DNA of 32,000 nucleotides from Candidatus Pelagibacter sp. Uisw_104 (GTDB lineage: Bacteria; Pseudomonadota; Alphaproteobacteria; Pelagibacterales; Pelagibacteraceae): the NCBI RefSeq assembly GCF_047727585.1, contig NZ_CP159820.1, positions 749,623 to 781,622 on the forward strand. Direction: 5' to 3'. Both the position numbers and the translations under genes were made by a program. How positions within the stretch are numbered: the first letter of the stretch is position 1; each line of letters opens with the position of its first letter. Shown here one piece after another: positions 8,352-18,164 of this stretch. The notes under the pieces are model-generated. The model had not been told where the DNA came from. It searched no databases and was given only the letters and a program-made list of their open reading frames with translations.

Positions 8352-9246
8352 GTCTTTTTGTTTTCAAAAGCTTTTTAAAATAATCTGGTAACAATGCTGT
8401 ATAGGTATATTTTTTATCATTAATCATAAATTTAATTTGGTATGAATGAAGCATTAAATTTTTATTTATTGCTTTATCGGTATTACTAAATTTATATTTT
8501 TGATCCCCGTAGATTGGACACCCTACTGCGTAAAGCTGTTTTCTTAATTGATGCTTTCTTCCTGTAATTGGCTTCATTTCAACAAGACTACATATAGAAT
8601 TTTTATCTAATACTTTATAAAGAGTTCTAGCTTTTTCAACCACCTCCCTATCATTGTCATATCTAGTTAAATCATCATTCCACTCGCCAGAGTCTTTCTG
8701 CAATTCTCCATGACATATCGCCAAGTAAGTTTTATGAACTTTTCTAAGTCTAAATAAAGAGGTTAATAACTGGGCGGACTCTCTATGTTTTGCCATAATA
8801 AAAACTCCAGATGTATCTTTATCAAGTCTATGTACAGAAAATGGTTTTGTGTCTTGAAAAATTTCACTACGAGCAAATATATCTACAAGATTTTTTTTTG
8901 ATTTAGTTCCACCTTGAACTGATATACCAGAGCTTTTATTAAGAACAATGAAATCATCATTGTTATCAATTATTAATTCTTCATTCTCTTTAATAACTTC
9001 TTCCGAAGGCATAAATTTGATTGTTTTTTGAACAATTGTTTCTTTAAAATCAAAATTAAATAAATCTATAATGTCACCAGTCTTTACTTTATGAGAACTT
9101 TTTATTTTTTTACTATTAATTTTAACCTTTCCACTCTTTAAACTTTTTTCAATTAGGCCTTGTGGGTAATTACCTAGATTGTTTCGTATCCATCTATCAA
9201 TACGCATATCGTTAAACGTTGAATCAACGTTAAAAGACTTTTTCAT
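8332..9246 (-). CDS. RluA-family rRNA pseudouridine synthase with N-terminal S4 domain (RluC/RluD-like)
   Basis: S4-like N-terminus (MRIDRWI...[13 protein letters not shown]), the catalytic motif [10 protein letters not shown], and KTYLAICHG and GRKHQLR blocks. ATG at 9246, TAG stop at 8332..8334 lying inside the lipB 3' end. Confidence 0.88.
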   Translation of the reverse strand: MKKSFNVDSTFNDMRIDRWIRNNLGNYPQGLIEKSLKSGKVKINSKKIKSSHKVKTGDIIDLFNFDFKETIVQKTIKFMPSEEVIKENEELIIDNNDDFIVLNKSSGISVQGGTKSKKNLVDIFARSEIFQDTKPFSVHRLDKDTSGVFIMAKHRESAQLLTSLFRLRKVHKTYLAICHGELQKDSGEWNDDLTRYDNDREVVEKARTLYKVLDKNSICSLVEMKPITGRKHQLRKQLYAVGCPIYGDQKYKFSNTDKAINKNLMLHSYQIKFMINDKKYTYTALLPDYFKKLLKTKRLRFPNS

Positions 9247-9270
9247 GATGATATGATTTTATATAAAAAA

Positions 9271-9708
9271 TTAAGCAGTAGCTAATTTTTTCTCTTCTGT
9301 TTTATCTTTTGCTGGATCTTTTTTCTTTCTATCCACTCTTTTTGCTTCAACATCCCTATCTACAAATTCAATTACAGCCATAGGTGCATTATCTCCATAT
9401 CTAAATCCAGCTTTAATAATTCTAGTGTACCCACCATTTCTTTTTTCGTATCTTTTAGAAAGGGTTTTTGTAACTTTACGAGCTGAAGTAATGTCTTGCA
9501 ATTTAGTCATCAGCATCTTTGTTGTTAGTAACGTTTCTTTTTTACCCAGTGTAATAATCTTATCTGCTTGAGGTTTTAAGAATTTAGCTTTTGGAAGTGT
9601 TGTAGTTATCTGCTCATATTTTATTAAAGAATTAAGCATATTCTTTAATAAAGCTTTTCTATGTTCAGAAGTTCTATTTAACTTCTTATTAGCCATTCCG
9701 TGTCTCAT
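9271..9708 (-). CDS. rplQ: 50S ribosomal protein L17
   Basis: [24 protein letters not shown] is the L17 N-terminal signature. It sits in last position after rpoA and has a Lys-rich C-terminal tail. Confidence 0.96.
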   Translation of the reverse strand: MRHGMANKKLNRTSEHRKALLKNMLNSLIKYEQITTTLPKAKFLKPQADKIITLGKKETLLTTKMLMTKLQDITSARKVTKTLSKRYEKRNGGYTRIIKAGFRYGDNAPMAVIEFVDRDVEAKRVDRKKKDPAKDKTEEKKLATA

Positions 9709-10736
9709 TAGATTTGCTCCTCTAACTTTTTAGACATTTCAGCTATATTTTCTGGTGGCCAGTTTGGTATTTCCATACCTAAATATAAAGACATACCAGT
9801 TAAAACTTCTTTTATTTCATTAAGTGATTTTCTTCCAAAGTTGGGAGTTCTAAGCATTTCACCTTCTGACTTTTGAACTAAATCTCCAATGTAAATAATA
9901 TTATCATTTTTAAGACAATTCATAGAACGCACAGATAATTCAAGCTCATCAACTTTTCTTAATAAATTCTTGTTGAATTCAGGCTCAGATGAAACTTCTT
10001 TTATCGGTACTTCAACTGGTTCGTCAAAATTAACAAACATATTTAGCTGATCTTGGAAAATTCTAGCAGAATAAGCAACGGCATCTTCAGCAGAAATAGA
10101 TCCATTAGTTTCAACTTCCATAGTTAATTTGTCGTAATCCAGGGCTTTCCCTTCTCTTGCGGTACTTATAGAGTATGAAACCTTCTTAACTGGACTATAT
10201 AAAGAATCTATAGCAATTAACCCTAAAGGTGGCTCTTCTGGCTTATTCATCACTGCTGGTACGTATCCCTTACCTGTTCCAACATTCATTTCCATATGAA
10301 AGTGAGTGTTTTCATCCAAATTACAAATAACTAAATCAGGATTTAAAATTTCAATATCAGCTACTGGTACTATGTCAGAAGCTTTAATTTCTCCAGGACC
10401 TTTAGCATCTAAAATAAGTTTTTTAGTACCGTCTGAAGAGCTTTTTAAAGCCAATGATTTAACATTTAAAACTATATCAGTAACATCTTCTCTAATACCT
10501 TTGATAGATGTAAATTCATGTAAAACACCATCAATTTGAATTGAAGTTACAGCAGCACCTCTTATTGATGAAAGTAAAATTCTTCTTAAAGAATTACCTA
10601 AAGTTAAACCATAACCTTTTTCTAAAGGTTCGGCGATAATTTTTGCATGTGATTTGTCATCACTAATTTTAACATCTAATTGAGCTGGTTTAATTAATGC
10701 TTTCCAATTTTTAGCATTTACATTTAAACTTTCCAT
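9708..10736 (-). CDS. rpoA: DNA-directed RNA polymerase subunit alpha
   Basis: 342 aa. Contains [21 protein letters not shown] and the C-terminal domain motif [18 protein letters not shown]. Located between rpsK and rplQ. Confidence 0.97.
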   Translation of the reverse strand: MESLNVNAKNWKALIKPAQLDVKISDDKSHAKIIAEPLEKGYGLTLGNSLRRILLSSIRGAAVTSIQIDGVLHEFTSIKGIREDVTDIVLNVKSLALKSSSDGTKKLILDAKGPGEIKASDIVPVADIEILNPDLVICNLDENTHFHMEMNVGTGKGYVPAVMNKPEEPPLGLIAIDSLYSPVKKVSYSISTAREGKALDYDKLTMEVETNGSISAEDAVAYSARIFQDQLNMFVNFDEPVEVPIKEVSSEPEFNKNLLRKVDELELSVRSMNCLKNDNIIYIGDLVQKSEGEMLRTPNFGRKSLNEIKEVLTGMSLYLGMEIPNWPPENIAEMSKKLEEQI

Positions 10737-10739
10737 TTA

Positions 10740-11192
10740 TTAAACTCTCCTTTTTTTTGGTGGTCTTACGCCGTTATGTGGCATTGGTGTAGTATCTTTT
10801 ATTGAAAGAATCTTAAATCCTTTCGCTTGTAAAGCTCTCAAGGCAGTTTCTCTTCCTGAACCAGGTCCTTTAACTTGCACAGTTAATGTTTTCATTCCAA
10901 ACTCTAGGGCCTTAGAGGCCGCAGAATCTGCAGCAATTTGTGCGGCATACGGTGTTGATTTTCTTGAACCCTTAAAACCTTTTTGTCCAGCAGATGCCCA
11001 AGAAATTACATTCCCATTAGTATCTGCAATTGAAATTATTGTATTGTTAAAAGTAGACTGTACGTAAGCAATACCATTAAGAATATTTTTTTTTATTTTT
11101 TTTTTTTTTGAATAAGAGCTTTTCTTAGATTTTTTATCAACTTTTTTTTCTACAACAGCTTCTTTATTCTCAACTTTATCTACTTTAGCCAT
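10740..11192 (-). CDS. rpsK: 30S ribosomal protein S11 (about 20-aa Lys-rich N-terminal extension)
   Basis: [22 protein letters not shown]...[19 protein letters not shown]...[13 protein letters not shown] are S11 signatures. Operon position fits. Confidence 0.96.
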   Translation of the reverse strand: MAKVDKVENKEAVVEKKVDKKSKKSSYSKKKKIKKNILNGIAYVQSTFNNTIISIADTNGNVISWASAGQKGFKGSRKSTPYAAQIAADSAASKALEFGMKTLTVQVKGPGSGRETALRALQAKGFKILSIKDTTPMPHNGVRPPKKRRV

Positions 11193-11199
11193 AAATTAA

Positions 11200-11583
11200 T
11201 TATTTTTTAAGTGGAGTTAATTTTTTACCAGCAATTGCGATTGCTTTACCTTTTCTTGTTCTTGCATTACATCTTGTTCTTTGTCCTCTAACAGGAAGTT
11301 TTTTTCTGTGTCTAGATCCTCTATAGCATGCAAGATCGATTAATCTTTTAATAGTTAAAGAATAATCTCTTCTAAGATCGCCTTCTACTTTAAAGTTTGC
11401 ATCAATATATTCTCTAATTTTTAAAATATCTTCATCTGTAAGTTCGTTGATTCTTTTTGCTTTAGGAATTTCTAAAGAAGTGCAAATTTGGTTAGAAAAT
11501 TTATCACCTATACCATAGATGTACGTTAGCCCTATGAAGACGAGTTTATTTTGTGGAATGTTTACACCTGCTATACGAGCCAT
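11200..11583 (-). CDS. rpsM: 30S ribosomal protein S13
   Basis: [10 protein letters not shown]...L.YIYGIG and [26 protein letters not shown] are S13 signatures. Confidence 0.96.
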   Translation of the reverse strand: MARIAGVNIPQNKLVFIGLTYIYGIGDKFSNQICTSLEIPKAKRINELTDEDILKIREYIDANFKVEGDLRRDYSLTIKRLIDLACYRGSRHRKKLPVRGQRTRCNARTRKGKAIAIAGKKLTPLKK

Positions 11584-11606
11584 ATTTCTGAGAATAAATT
11601 TAGCCT

Positions 11607-11634
11607 TTTATATAAGAAGATGTTCCAAAGTCAA
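11607..11634 (-). promoter_or_regulatory. Candidate sigma70-type promoter for rpsM-rpsK-rpoA-rplQ in the 55-bp adk/rpsM spacer
   Basis: On the minus strand: TTGACT (11634..11629), a 16-nt spacer, then TATAAA (11612..11607), about 24 nt upstream of the rpsM ATG. Hexamer matches are easy to find by chance in AT-rich DNA. Confidence 0.3.
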
Positions 11635-11638
11635 CGTC

Positions 11639-12280
11639 TTAAACCTTAAGAATTTCATTAATTTTATTGGTTATTTGATCAATTTCACCTGCACCGTCGA
11701 TTTCCGTGAAATTTAAATCTTTTGAATAGAAATCTAATACTGGTTTTGTAGAGGACATATAGGTGTCATATCTAGAAATAACAATGTCAAGATTGTCATC
11801 TTTTCTTTTCTTTAAATGTTCAACACCACATGGATGAAGCTCTATTTCTTCTTTATTGAAATACTCATTTAACGTCATATTACATTTTTCACAGGTCATT
11901 CTGCCCATAATACGCTTTTCAATAATGTCTCTTGAGACATTTAAGAATATAATGTGCCCTATTTTTTGTTTAAACTCATTTAATATAACTTCCAAGTTAT
12001 TAGCTTGCTCAACATTTCTTGGATATCCGTCAAAAATAATTCTATCTCTATATTTTAAATTAGTTAAGGATTGTCTCAACAAGGTATTAACAGTTTCATC
12101 TGAAACAAATTTACCATTAGATATCAACTTTTCAATTTCAGTACCAAGATCTGTTTTAGATTTAACTTCGTCTCTTAATAGGTTTCCTGTTGATAGTTGA
12201 AAGTAATTATGTTTTTTGACTATAGATTGAGCTTGAGTCCCCTTACCTGCTCCTGGAGGACCAAAAAGAATTATATTCAC
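11639..12280 (-). CDS. adk: Adenylate kinase (GTG start; Cys-containing lid)
   Basis: P-loop IILFGPPGAGKGTQA, FDGYPRN, and lid CEKC...C. The first codon at 12280..12278 reads GTG and the N-terminus aligns with the canonical Adk start. Positioned after secY. Confidence 0.95.
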   Translation of the reverse strand: MNIILFGPPGAGKGTQAQSIVKKHNYFQLSTGNLLRDEVKSKTDLGTEIEKLISNGKFVSDETVNTLLRQSLTNLKYRDRIIFDGYPRNVEQANNLEVILNEFKQKIGHIIFLNVSRDIIEKRIMGRMTCEKCNMTLNEYFNKEEIELHPCGVEHLKKRKDDNLDIVISRYDTYMSSTKPVLDFYSKDLNFTEIDGAGEIDQITNKINEILKV

Positions 12281-12284
12281 TTGG

Positions 12285-13565
12285 TTATTTTCCGAATTTT
12301 GTTTTTTTAATTAATTGCTCGTATTGAGAGCTCATTAATCTAGTTTGGATTTGTGTAACAGTATCAATTGCGACTACAACAACAATCAAAATAGAAGTTC
12401 CACCTAGATAAAAAGGTATTGGATAATTGGCAATTAAAAATTCTGGCATTAAACAAACTATTGTTAAATACAGCGCACCTATTGTTGTAAGTTTTGTTAC
12501 AATTTTATCAATATACAAAGCAGTGTTTTCACCTGGTCTAATCCCTGGAATAAAGCCACCATATTTTCTTAAATTATCAGCAGTCTCAGTTGGATTAAAT
12601 GTTATCGATGTATAGAAAAAAGTAAAAAATATTATTCCAGAAGCATAAAGCAACATGTAAAGAGGTTGCCCCTGTGTAAAGTATGAACTTATGTTTAAGA
12701 ATGCATCATTATCTGAAAAACTAAAATTAGAAAAAGTTACAGGTAATAATAATAAAGCTGATGCAAAAATTGCTGGAATAACACCAGCTTGGTTAATTTT
12801 TAAAGGTAAGTGAGAAGACTCACCACCATACATTTTATTTCCCATTTGTCTTTTGGGGTAATTTATTAAAATTTTTCTTAATGCTCTTTCCATAAAAACA
12901 ATGAACATTATTGTTGCAATTAATAATACAAAAATTCCAATAATCATAATTGTAGATACTGCACCAGTTCTACCAAGTTCAAATGTAGTAACTAAAGCAC
13001 GTGGAATTTCAGCAACAATACCAGCAAAAATAATTAATGAAATACCATTACCAATACCTCTTTGTGTTATTTGCTCACCAAGCCACATTAAAAACATTGT
13101 ACCAGCAACAATTGTTGAGACTGCTGTTACAGTAAAAAATAAACCTGGATTAATAACTAAGTCAGGAGAAGATTGTAAACCTATAGATAATCCATAACCT
13201 TGAACAGTAGCAAGAACAACTGTTCCATATCTTGTGATCTGAGTGATTTTTGCTCTTCCAGTTTCACCTTGTGCCTTTAAATTTTTAAAATAATCAGAAA
13301 CACCAGTTAACAACTGAACTATAATTGAGGACGAAATATATGGCATGATCCCAAGTGCAAATATAGCCATTCTACTTACAGCACCACCAGAAAAAACGTT
13401 AAACATTCCAAGTAATCCTTTTTGATTACCACTCATCATTGTCTGTAATTGTTCAGGATCAATACCTGGAATTGGCACAAAAGTACCAAATCTATAAACT
13501 GCTAGGATAAAAATTGTAAAGATTATTCGATTTTTAAGATCATTAGTTTGAGAAGATGCACTCAT
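12285..13565 (-). CDS. secY: Preprotein translocase subunit SecY
   Basis: 426 aa polytopic membrane protein. Contains FTIFILAVYRFGTFVPIPGI, FALGIMPYISSSIIVQLL and PGIRPG. Located between rplO and adk. Confidence 0.96.
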   Translation of the reverse strand: MSASSQTNDLKNRIIFTIFILAVYRFGTFVPIPGIDPEQLQTMMSGNQKGLLGMFNVFSGGAVSRMAIFALGIMPYISSSIIVQLLTGVSDYFKNLKAQGETGRAKITQITRYGTVVLATVQGYGLSIGLQSSPDLVINPGLFFTVTAVSTIVAGTMFLMWLGEQITQRGIGNGISLIIFAGIVAEIPRALVTTFELGRTGAVSTIMIIGIFVLLIATIMFIVFMERALRKILINYPKRQMGNKMYGGESSHLPLKINQAGVIPAIFASALLLLPVTFSNFSFSDNDAFLNISSYFTQGQPLYMLLYASGIIFFTFFYTSITFNPTETADNLRKYGGFIPGIRPGENTALYIDKIVTKLTTIGALYLTIVCLMPEFLIANYPIPFYLGGTSILIVVVVAIDTVTQIQTRLMSSQYEQLIKKTKFGK

Positions 13566-13575
13566 AATATCTTAA

Positions 13576-14037
13576 TTATTTTTTTAATTGTATTGTGCCA
13601 CCAGCTTTTTCTAATTTAACTACAGCAGCTTTTGATATTAGATCAGCTTCAATGCTAACTTTGTCTTTAATGTCACCTGTGCCTAGTATTTTTAATTTTT
13701 GAGAATTCTTGTTAATTAATTTCAATTTTATAAGCAAAGCCATGTTTATTACATCGCTTGAATTAATAGTTTTTTCATCAATGTACGATTGAATTTTTTC
13801 TAAATTCATTATTGCTATAACAGCCTGATATCTTTTAATTGCATTAAAGCCTCTTTTAGGTAATCTTCTATATAAAGGCATTTGACCACCTTCAAAAGCT
13901 TTGATAGCAACACCAGATCTAGATTTTTGACCCTTAACTCCTCTTCCAGAAGTTTTACCTTTTCCAGAACCGATACCTCTACCAACTCTCATTTTTTTTT
14001 TATATAAAACTTTTCCAGTAGTATTTAATGTGCTCAT
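13576..14037 (-). CDS. rplO: 50S ribosomal protein L15
   Basis: RVGRGIGSGKGKTSGRGVKGQKSRSG and LYRRLPKRGF are L15 signatures. Confidence 0.95.
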   Translation of the reverse strand: MSTLNTTGKVLYKKKMRVGRGIGSGKGKTSGRGVKGQKSRSGVAIKAFEGGQMPLYRRLPKRGFNAIKRYQAVIAIMNLEKIQSYIDEKTINSSDVINMALLIKLKLINKNSQKLKILGTGDIKDKVSIEADLISKAAVVKLEKAGGTIQLKK

Positions 14038-14549
14038 TATCCTCTTTTTTCAATTACGTCAGAAATTTTTTTATTTCTAATTGTTGCTATATGTTTTGGT
14101 GAATTTTGTTTTGAAAGAGCCTTCATTGTAGCTCTTATCATGTTATGAGGGTTTGATGTGCCCATCGATTTAGCAACTATATCTTTAATTCCTAAAACTT
14201 CACAAACTGCTCTCACAGGACCCCCAGCAATGATACCAGTTCCTTTTGGAGCTGATCTTAAAATAATCTTACCTGCCCCATCTTTACCATAAACGTCATG
14301 GTGTATAGTTCTACCCTCTCTTAAAGGTATATGAATTAATTTTCTTCTAGCAGTTTCATTTGCTTTTTTAATTGCGTCTGGAACTTGTTTAGCTTTAGCA
14401 TGAGCTATACCAATTTTACCTGCTTGATTTCCTACAACAACTAGTGCTGAAAAACCAAATCTACGTCCACCTTTTACAACTTTAGTAATTCTATTAATGT
14501 GAACTAGTTTTTCTAAAATTCCGTCGTCAATTTTTTTTTTAAAGTCCAT
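14037..14549 (-). CDS. rpsE: 30S ribosomal protein S5
   Basis: [36 protein letters not shown] and [12 protein letters not shown] are S5 signatures. Confidence 0.96.
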   Translation of the reverse strand: MDFKKKIDDGILEKLVHINRITKVVKGGRRFGFSALVVVGNQAGKIGIAHAKAKQVPDAIKKANETARRKLIHIPLREGRTIHHDVYGKDGAGKIILRSAPKGTGIIAGGPVRAVCEVLGIKDIVAKSMGTSNPHNMIRATMKALSKQNSPKHIATIRNKKISDVIEKRG

Positions 14550-14551
14550 AA

Positions 14552-14908
14552 TTAAAATTCCATTCCATTTTTACGCAACGTTTCAGCAAATGCCTTAACT
14601 CTACCATGATATTTATATACACCTCTATCAAAATAGATTTTTGTTATTTTTTTTTCTACAGCTTTTTTTGCTAGTTTTTCAGCAACAATTTTAGAAATAT
14701 CCGTTTTATTAACTTTGCTCATAGCTTTAATATCTTTTTCGATTGAAGAAGAAGAAACTAGAGTAATATTTTTTACATCATCAATTATTTGAGCAGATAT
14801 ATTTTTTGAAGACCTTGAAATACTTAATCTTAATCTATCAGGAGAAGAAACCTTTTTTACTTTATTGGTTACTCTGAACTTTTTTCTTTCAATTGCATTT
14901 AGTTTCAT
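14552..14908 (-). CDS. rplR: 50S ribosomal protein L18
   Basis: [20 protein letters not shown] and [26 protein letters not shown] are L18 signatures. Confidence 0.95.
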   Translation of the reverse strand: MKLNAIERKKFRVTNKVKKVSSPDRLRLSISRSSKNISAQIIDDVKNITLVSSSSIEKDIKAMSKVNKTDISKIVAEKLAKKAVEKKITKIYFDRGVYKYHGRVKAFAETLRKNGMEF

Positions 14909-15447
14909 TATTTTTTCTTTCCTTCTTTTCTTAATATATACTGTCCTTTTTCTCTAATCCCTTTACCCTTATAAGGCTCAGGTTTTCTAAAAGATTTGAT
15001 CACAGAACAAACCATACCAACTTGTTGTTTGTCAGATCCACTAACTTTAACAGTTGTTTGTTTTTCAACAACAATCTTAATACCCTCTGGTATATCAAAA
15101 TTTATATCATGACTATAACCAAGCTGTAGATTTAATTGTTTTTCTTTAAGCGCAGCTCTATAACCAACACCAACTAACTCTAATATTTTTTCATATCCAG
15201 TGCTAGAGCCAATAACAGCATTGTTTATTAAACTTCTATTCATTCCCCATAGTCTTTTTGAATTTTGGTCAACTTTTTTTGGTTTGATTGATATTTCTTT
15301 TCCTTCAGTAATATCAACATTAAACATTTCTAAATCGACATTAAGAGATTTTTTCCCTAATGGTCCTTCAATATTAAGCACGTTACCGGATAGTACTGCT
15401 TTAACTTTTTCAGGGATTGAAATACTTATTTTACCAATTTTAGACAT
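14908..15447 (-). CDS. rplF: 50S ribosomal protein L6
   Basis: MSKIGK..I.IP..V and LVGVGYRA...LNLQLGYSH...[11 protein letters not shown] are L6 signatures. Confidence 0.95.
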   Translation of the reverse strand: MSKIGKISISIPEKVKAVLSGNVLNIEGPLGKKSLNVDLEMFNVDITEGKEISIKPKKVDQNSKRLWGMNRSLINNAVIGSSTGYEKILELVGVGYRAALKEKQLNLQLGYSHDINFDIPEGIKIVVEKQTTVKVSGSDKQQVGMVCSVIKSFRKPEPYKGKGIREKGQYILRKEGKKK

Positions 15448-15842
15448 TAAAATACCTTACAGATTATTTCACCACCAACTTTTTGCTTTCTAGCATCAAC
15501 ATCCGTCATAACACCTTTTGGAGTAGAAACTATTGCCACACCAAGCCCACCATTAATTTTTGGTAAACTGTCAGCACTTGAGAAAATTCTTCTTCCTGGC
15601 TTTGATACTCTTTCAAATGTGCTAATAACTGGATTTCCTGAATAGTATTTTAGATCTATAGATAAAACTGGTTTTTTATCTTCAGTATCAATTTTATATT
15701 CTTTAATAAAACCCTCATTTTTTAAGATATCTGCAATTTTTACTTTAAAGTTAGAAGAAGGCAGTGCAACTTTTTTGTGATTTCTCACTAAAGCATTTTT
15801 TATTCTTGCGATCATATCCCCAATTGGGTCACTTAAGCTCAT
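15447..15842 (-). CDS. rpsH: 30S ribosomal protein S8
   Basis: MSLSDPIGDMIARIKNA and GGLGVAIVSTPKGVMTD..ARK.KVGGEIICKVF are S8 signatures. Confidence 0.96.
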   Translation of the reverse strand: MSLSDPIGDMIARIKNALVRNHKKVALPSSNFKVKIADILKNEGFIKEYKIDTEDKKPVLSIDLKYYSGNPVISTFERVSKPGRRIFSSADSLPKINGGLGVAIVSTPKGVMTDVDARKQKVGGEIICKVF

Positions 15843-15852
15843 ATATTCCTTT

Positions 15853-16158
15853 CTACCAGCTCGACTTCGTCATACCTGGAATTAATCCATGTAATCCTAA
15901 GTCTCTTAAAGCTATTCTTGATATTTTTAATTTTCTGTAAACACCATGTGGTCTTCCAGTAATTTGACACCTATTCATCACTCTATTTTTTGCTGAATTT
16001 CTGGGCAAATTAGATAATTTTTGTTGTGCTTTAAATCTTTCTTCAAGAGAAATTTTCTTATCCATAATTATTTTTTTTAAAGCTAATCTTTTTTTAAACA
16101 ATCTATCTGAAAGTTTAATCCTTTTATCGTTTTTTTGAACTGCACTTACTTTAGCCAT
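15853..16158 (-). CDS. rpsN: 30S ribosomal protein S14 (long, non-zinc form, 101 aa)
   Basis: LPRNSAKNRVMNRCQITGRPHGVYRKLKISRIALRDLGLHGLIPGMTKSSW is the S14 C-terminal signature. It has a single Cys only, so it is not the short CxxC-type. Confidence 0.95.
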   Translation of the reverse strand: MAKVSAVQKNDKRIKLSDRLFKKRLALKKIIMDKKISLEERFKAQQKLSNLPRNSAKNRVMNRCQITGRPHGVYRKLKISRIALRDLGLHGLIPGMTKSSW

Positions 16159-16160
16159 TT

Positions 16161-16715
16161 TTAGTTATCTCCTTTTTTAATAAATGGAAAATTTAATTTT
16201 TCCAAAAGTGCGAAACTATGATCTTTGTTCATAGCAGCAATTACAACCACCACATCAAGACCTCTAATTTTGTCTATTCTGTCAAAATTAACTTCAGGGA
16301 AAATAATATGCTCTTTAATTCCAAAAGTGTAATTACCAAATTTATCAAAACCTTTAGGTGATAGGCCTCTAAAGTCTTTAATTCTAGGTAGCGCAATGTT
16401 AACTAATCTATCAATAAATTCATACATCTTGTTACCTCTTAAAGTAACTTTTAGTCCTGCATTAGTACCTTTTCTTGTTTTAAAATTGGCAACAGATTTC
16501 TTAAATTTTGTAACTGTAGGTTTTTGTCCTGTAATTTTTCCCAAATCCTCTTCAGTAGATTTCATAATCTTAGCGTCAGCACCATCTAGACCTAAACCCA
16601 TATTAATGACAACTTTAAGTACTTTTGGTCCCTGAAAGGTATTTTTAAATCCTAATTGCTCTTTAAGCGCAGGTTGAATTTCTTTGTAATAAAGCTCTTT
16701 TAATCTTGGTATCAT
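16161..16715 (-). CDS. rplE: 50S ribosomal protein L5
   Basis: [45 protein letters not shown]. Confidence 0.96.
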   Translation of the reverse strand: MIPRLKELYYKEIQPALKEQLGFKNTFQGPKVLKVVINMGLGLDGADAKIMKSTEEDLGKITGQKPTVTKFKKSVANFKTRKGTNAGLKVTLRGNKMYEFIDRLVNIALPRIKDFRGLSPKGFDKFGNYTFGIKEHIIFPEVNFDRIDKIRGLDVVVVIAAMNKDHSFALLEKLNFPFIKKGDN

Positions 16716-16963
16716 TATTTTTTAGCCTCAGTTTTTTTTATTTTTTCTTTTGCATCAACAAGTGCAAGGTTTGAAATATGAATAAAACTTTCTTTAGAAA
16801 TAATTCCACCTTTTTTTTCTTTTGTAGTCTTTACATGCTTCTTCACAATATTAATTCCTTGAACTTTTGCCCTGTTGTTGGGTCTGTCTATTTCAATAAC
16901 TTCACCTTCTTTTTTTTTATCTCTTCCGGTTAATACTTTTACTTTAGAACCTTTTTTAATCAT
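16715..16963 (-). CDS. rplX: 50S ribosomal protein L24 (short, 82 aa)
   Basis: [22 protein letters not shown] (KOW motif) and V.GINIVKKH. Located between rplN and rplE. Confidence 0.93.
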   Translation of the reverse strand: MIKKGSKVKVLTGRDKKKEGEVIEIDRPNNRAKVQGINIVKKHVKTTKEKKGGIISKESFIHISNLALVDAKEKIKKTEAKK

Positions 16964-16964
16964 T

Positions 16965-17333
16965 TTATAATACCTCAGGGGCTAGTGAAATTATTTTCAT
17001 TTGACCTCTATTTCTTAATTCTCTTGTTACAGGTCCAAAAATTCTAGTTCCAACTGGTTCACCTTTATCATCAACCAACACTGCTGCATTGTTATCAAAT
17101 TTAACTTTTGAACCATCATCTCTATGAATTCCATATTTAACCCGAACTACGACTGCTTTGTGGACAGAACCTTTTTTCACTTTACCCTTAGGTATCGCTT
17201 CTTTTACAGCAACAACAATTGTGTCACCAATACTAGCATATCTACGTTTTGATCCACCTAGAACCTTAATACATTCAATTCTTTTTGCACCAGTGTTATC
17301 TGCAACTAACATTTCAGTTTGTACCTGTATCAT
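16965..17333 (-). CDS. rplN: 50S ribosomal protein L14
   Basis: [17 protein letters not shown]...IKVLGGS and [12 protein letters not shown] are L14 signatures. Confidence 0.97.
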   Translation of the reverse strand: MIQVQTEMLVADNTGAKRIECIKVLGGSKRRYASIGDTIVVAVKEAIPKGKVKKGSVHKAVVVRVKYGIHRDDGSKVKFDNNAAVLVDDKGEPVGTRIFGPVTRELRNRGQMKIISLAPEVL

Positions 17334-17566
17334 TTAGAACCATCCATTACTTGAAATTTTTTATTTTTTGAAAACGGTTTACATTCAATAATCGAAACCT
17401 TATCTCCAGTTTTGAATTTATTATTCTCATCATGCGCATTGTATTTCTTTTGAACTTTAACAACTTTTTTTAGCACAGGATGTGAATATTTTCTCTCTAC
17501 CGCTACAGTAATAGTTTTATTAGGCTTATCACTAGTAACTACTCCAGTTAATATTTTTTTAGGCAT
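17330..17566 (-). CDS. rpsQ: 30S ribosomal protein S17
   Basis: [44 protein letters not shown]...GDKV.I.ECKP.SK.K is the S17 pattern. Confidence 0.95.
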   Translation of the reverse strand: MPKKILTGVVTSDKPNKTITVAVERKYSHPVLKKVVKVQKKYNAHDENNKFKTGDKVSIIECKPFSKNKKFQVMDGSK

Positions 17567-17750
17567 TTAATTTTCCTTTTAGTATAGTTTTTAACCTTGC
17601 TATCGTTTTTTTTGTTTGTCCAATTTTTGATGGATCTTTAATTTCAGAATTAATTCTTTGAAATCTAAAATTAAATAAATCTTTTTTCAACTTATCTATG
17701 TTTTTTAAAACTTCGTCTTTAGATAATTTTTTTATTTCTTGTATTTTCAT
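17559..17750 (-). CDS. rpmC: 50S ribosomal protein L29
   Basis: [31 protein letters not shown] is the L29 pattern. I prefer the ATG at 17750. The ORF-track start at 17759 is a TTG that would add MHN and overlap rplP by 8 nt. Confidence 0.92.
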   Translation of the reverse strand: MKIQEIKKLSKDEVLKNIDKLKKDLFNFRFQRINSEIKDPSKIGQTKKTIARLKTILKGKLNA

Positions 17751-17751
17751 A

Positions 17752-18162
17752 TTATGCAAATCTTTTTATAAACTTAGTTTTAATAGGTAATTTAGCTGAT
17801 GCTTTATAAAGAGCTTCTTTTGCAATTGCTTCAGAAACACCGTCTATTTCAAATAAAATTCTACCAGGTTTAACTCTACATGCCCAATATTCAGGAGCAC
17901 CCTTACCTTTACCCATTCTTACTTCAACAGGTTTTTTTGAAACTGGAATATTTGGAAAAATTCTAGTCCAAACACGTCCTTGTCTTTTCATATGTCTTGT
18001 TAAAGCGACCCTAGCAGCTTCAATTTGTTTACCAATAATTCTTTCAGGAGCCATAGCTTTTAAAGCAAATGATCCATAATTAATCTTCGCAGCACGTGTA
18101 GCTGTTCCATGAATTCTACCTTTATGAGCTTTTCTATATTTTGTCCTTACTGGCTGTAACAT
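17752..18162 (-). CDS. rplP: 50S ribosomal protein L16
   Basis: [38 protein letters not shown]. Confidence 0.97.
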   Translation of the reverse strand: MLQPVRTKYRKAHKGRIHGTATRAAKINYGSFALKAMAPERIIGKQIEAARVALTRHMKRQGRVWTRIFPNIPVSKKPVEVRMGKGKGAPEYWACRVKPGRILFEIDGVSEAIAKEALYKASAKLPIKTKFIKRFA

Positions 18163-18164
18163 AA

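Noticed and set aside
11086-11109. Programmed frameshift or pseudogenisation of rpsK at the A14 tract
   Set aside because: The reading frame is intact across the tract, and the downstream sequence is a full-length, well-conserved S11.
17751-17759. ORF-track start of rpmC at 17759
   Set aside because: That codon is TTG, and three codons later there is an ATG (17750). That ATG yields the typical L29 N-terminus MKIQEI... and sits 1 nt after the rplP stop.
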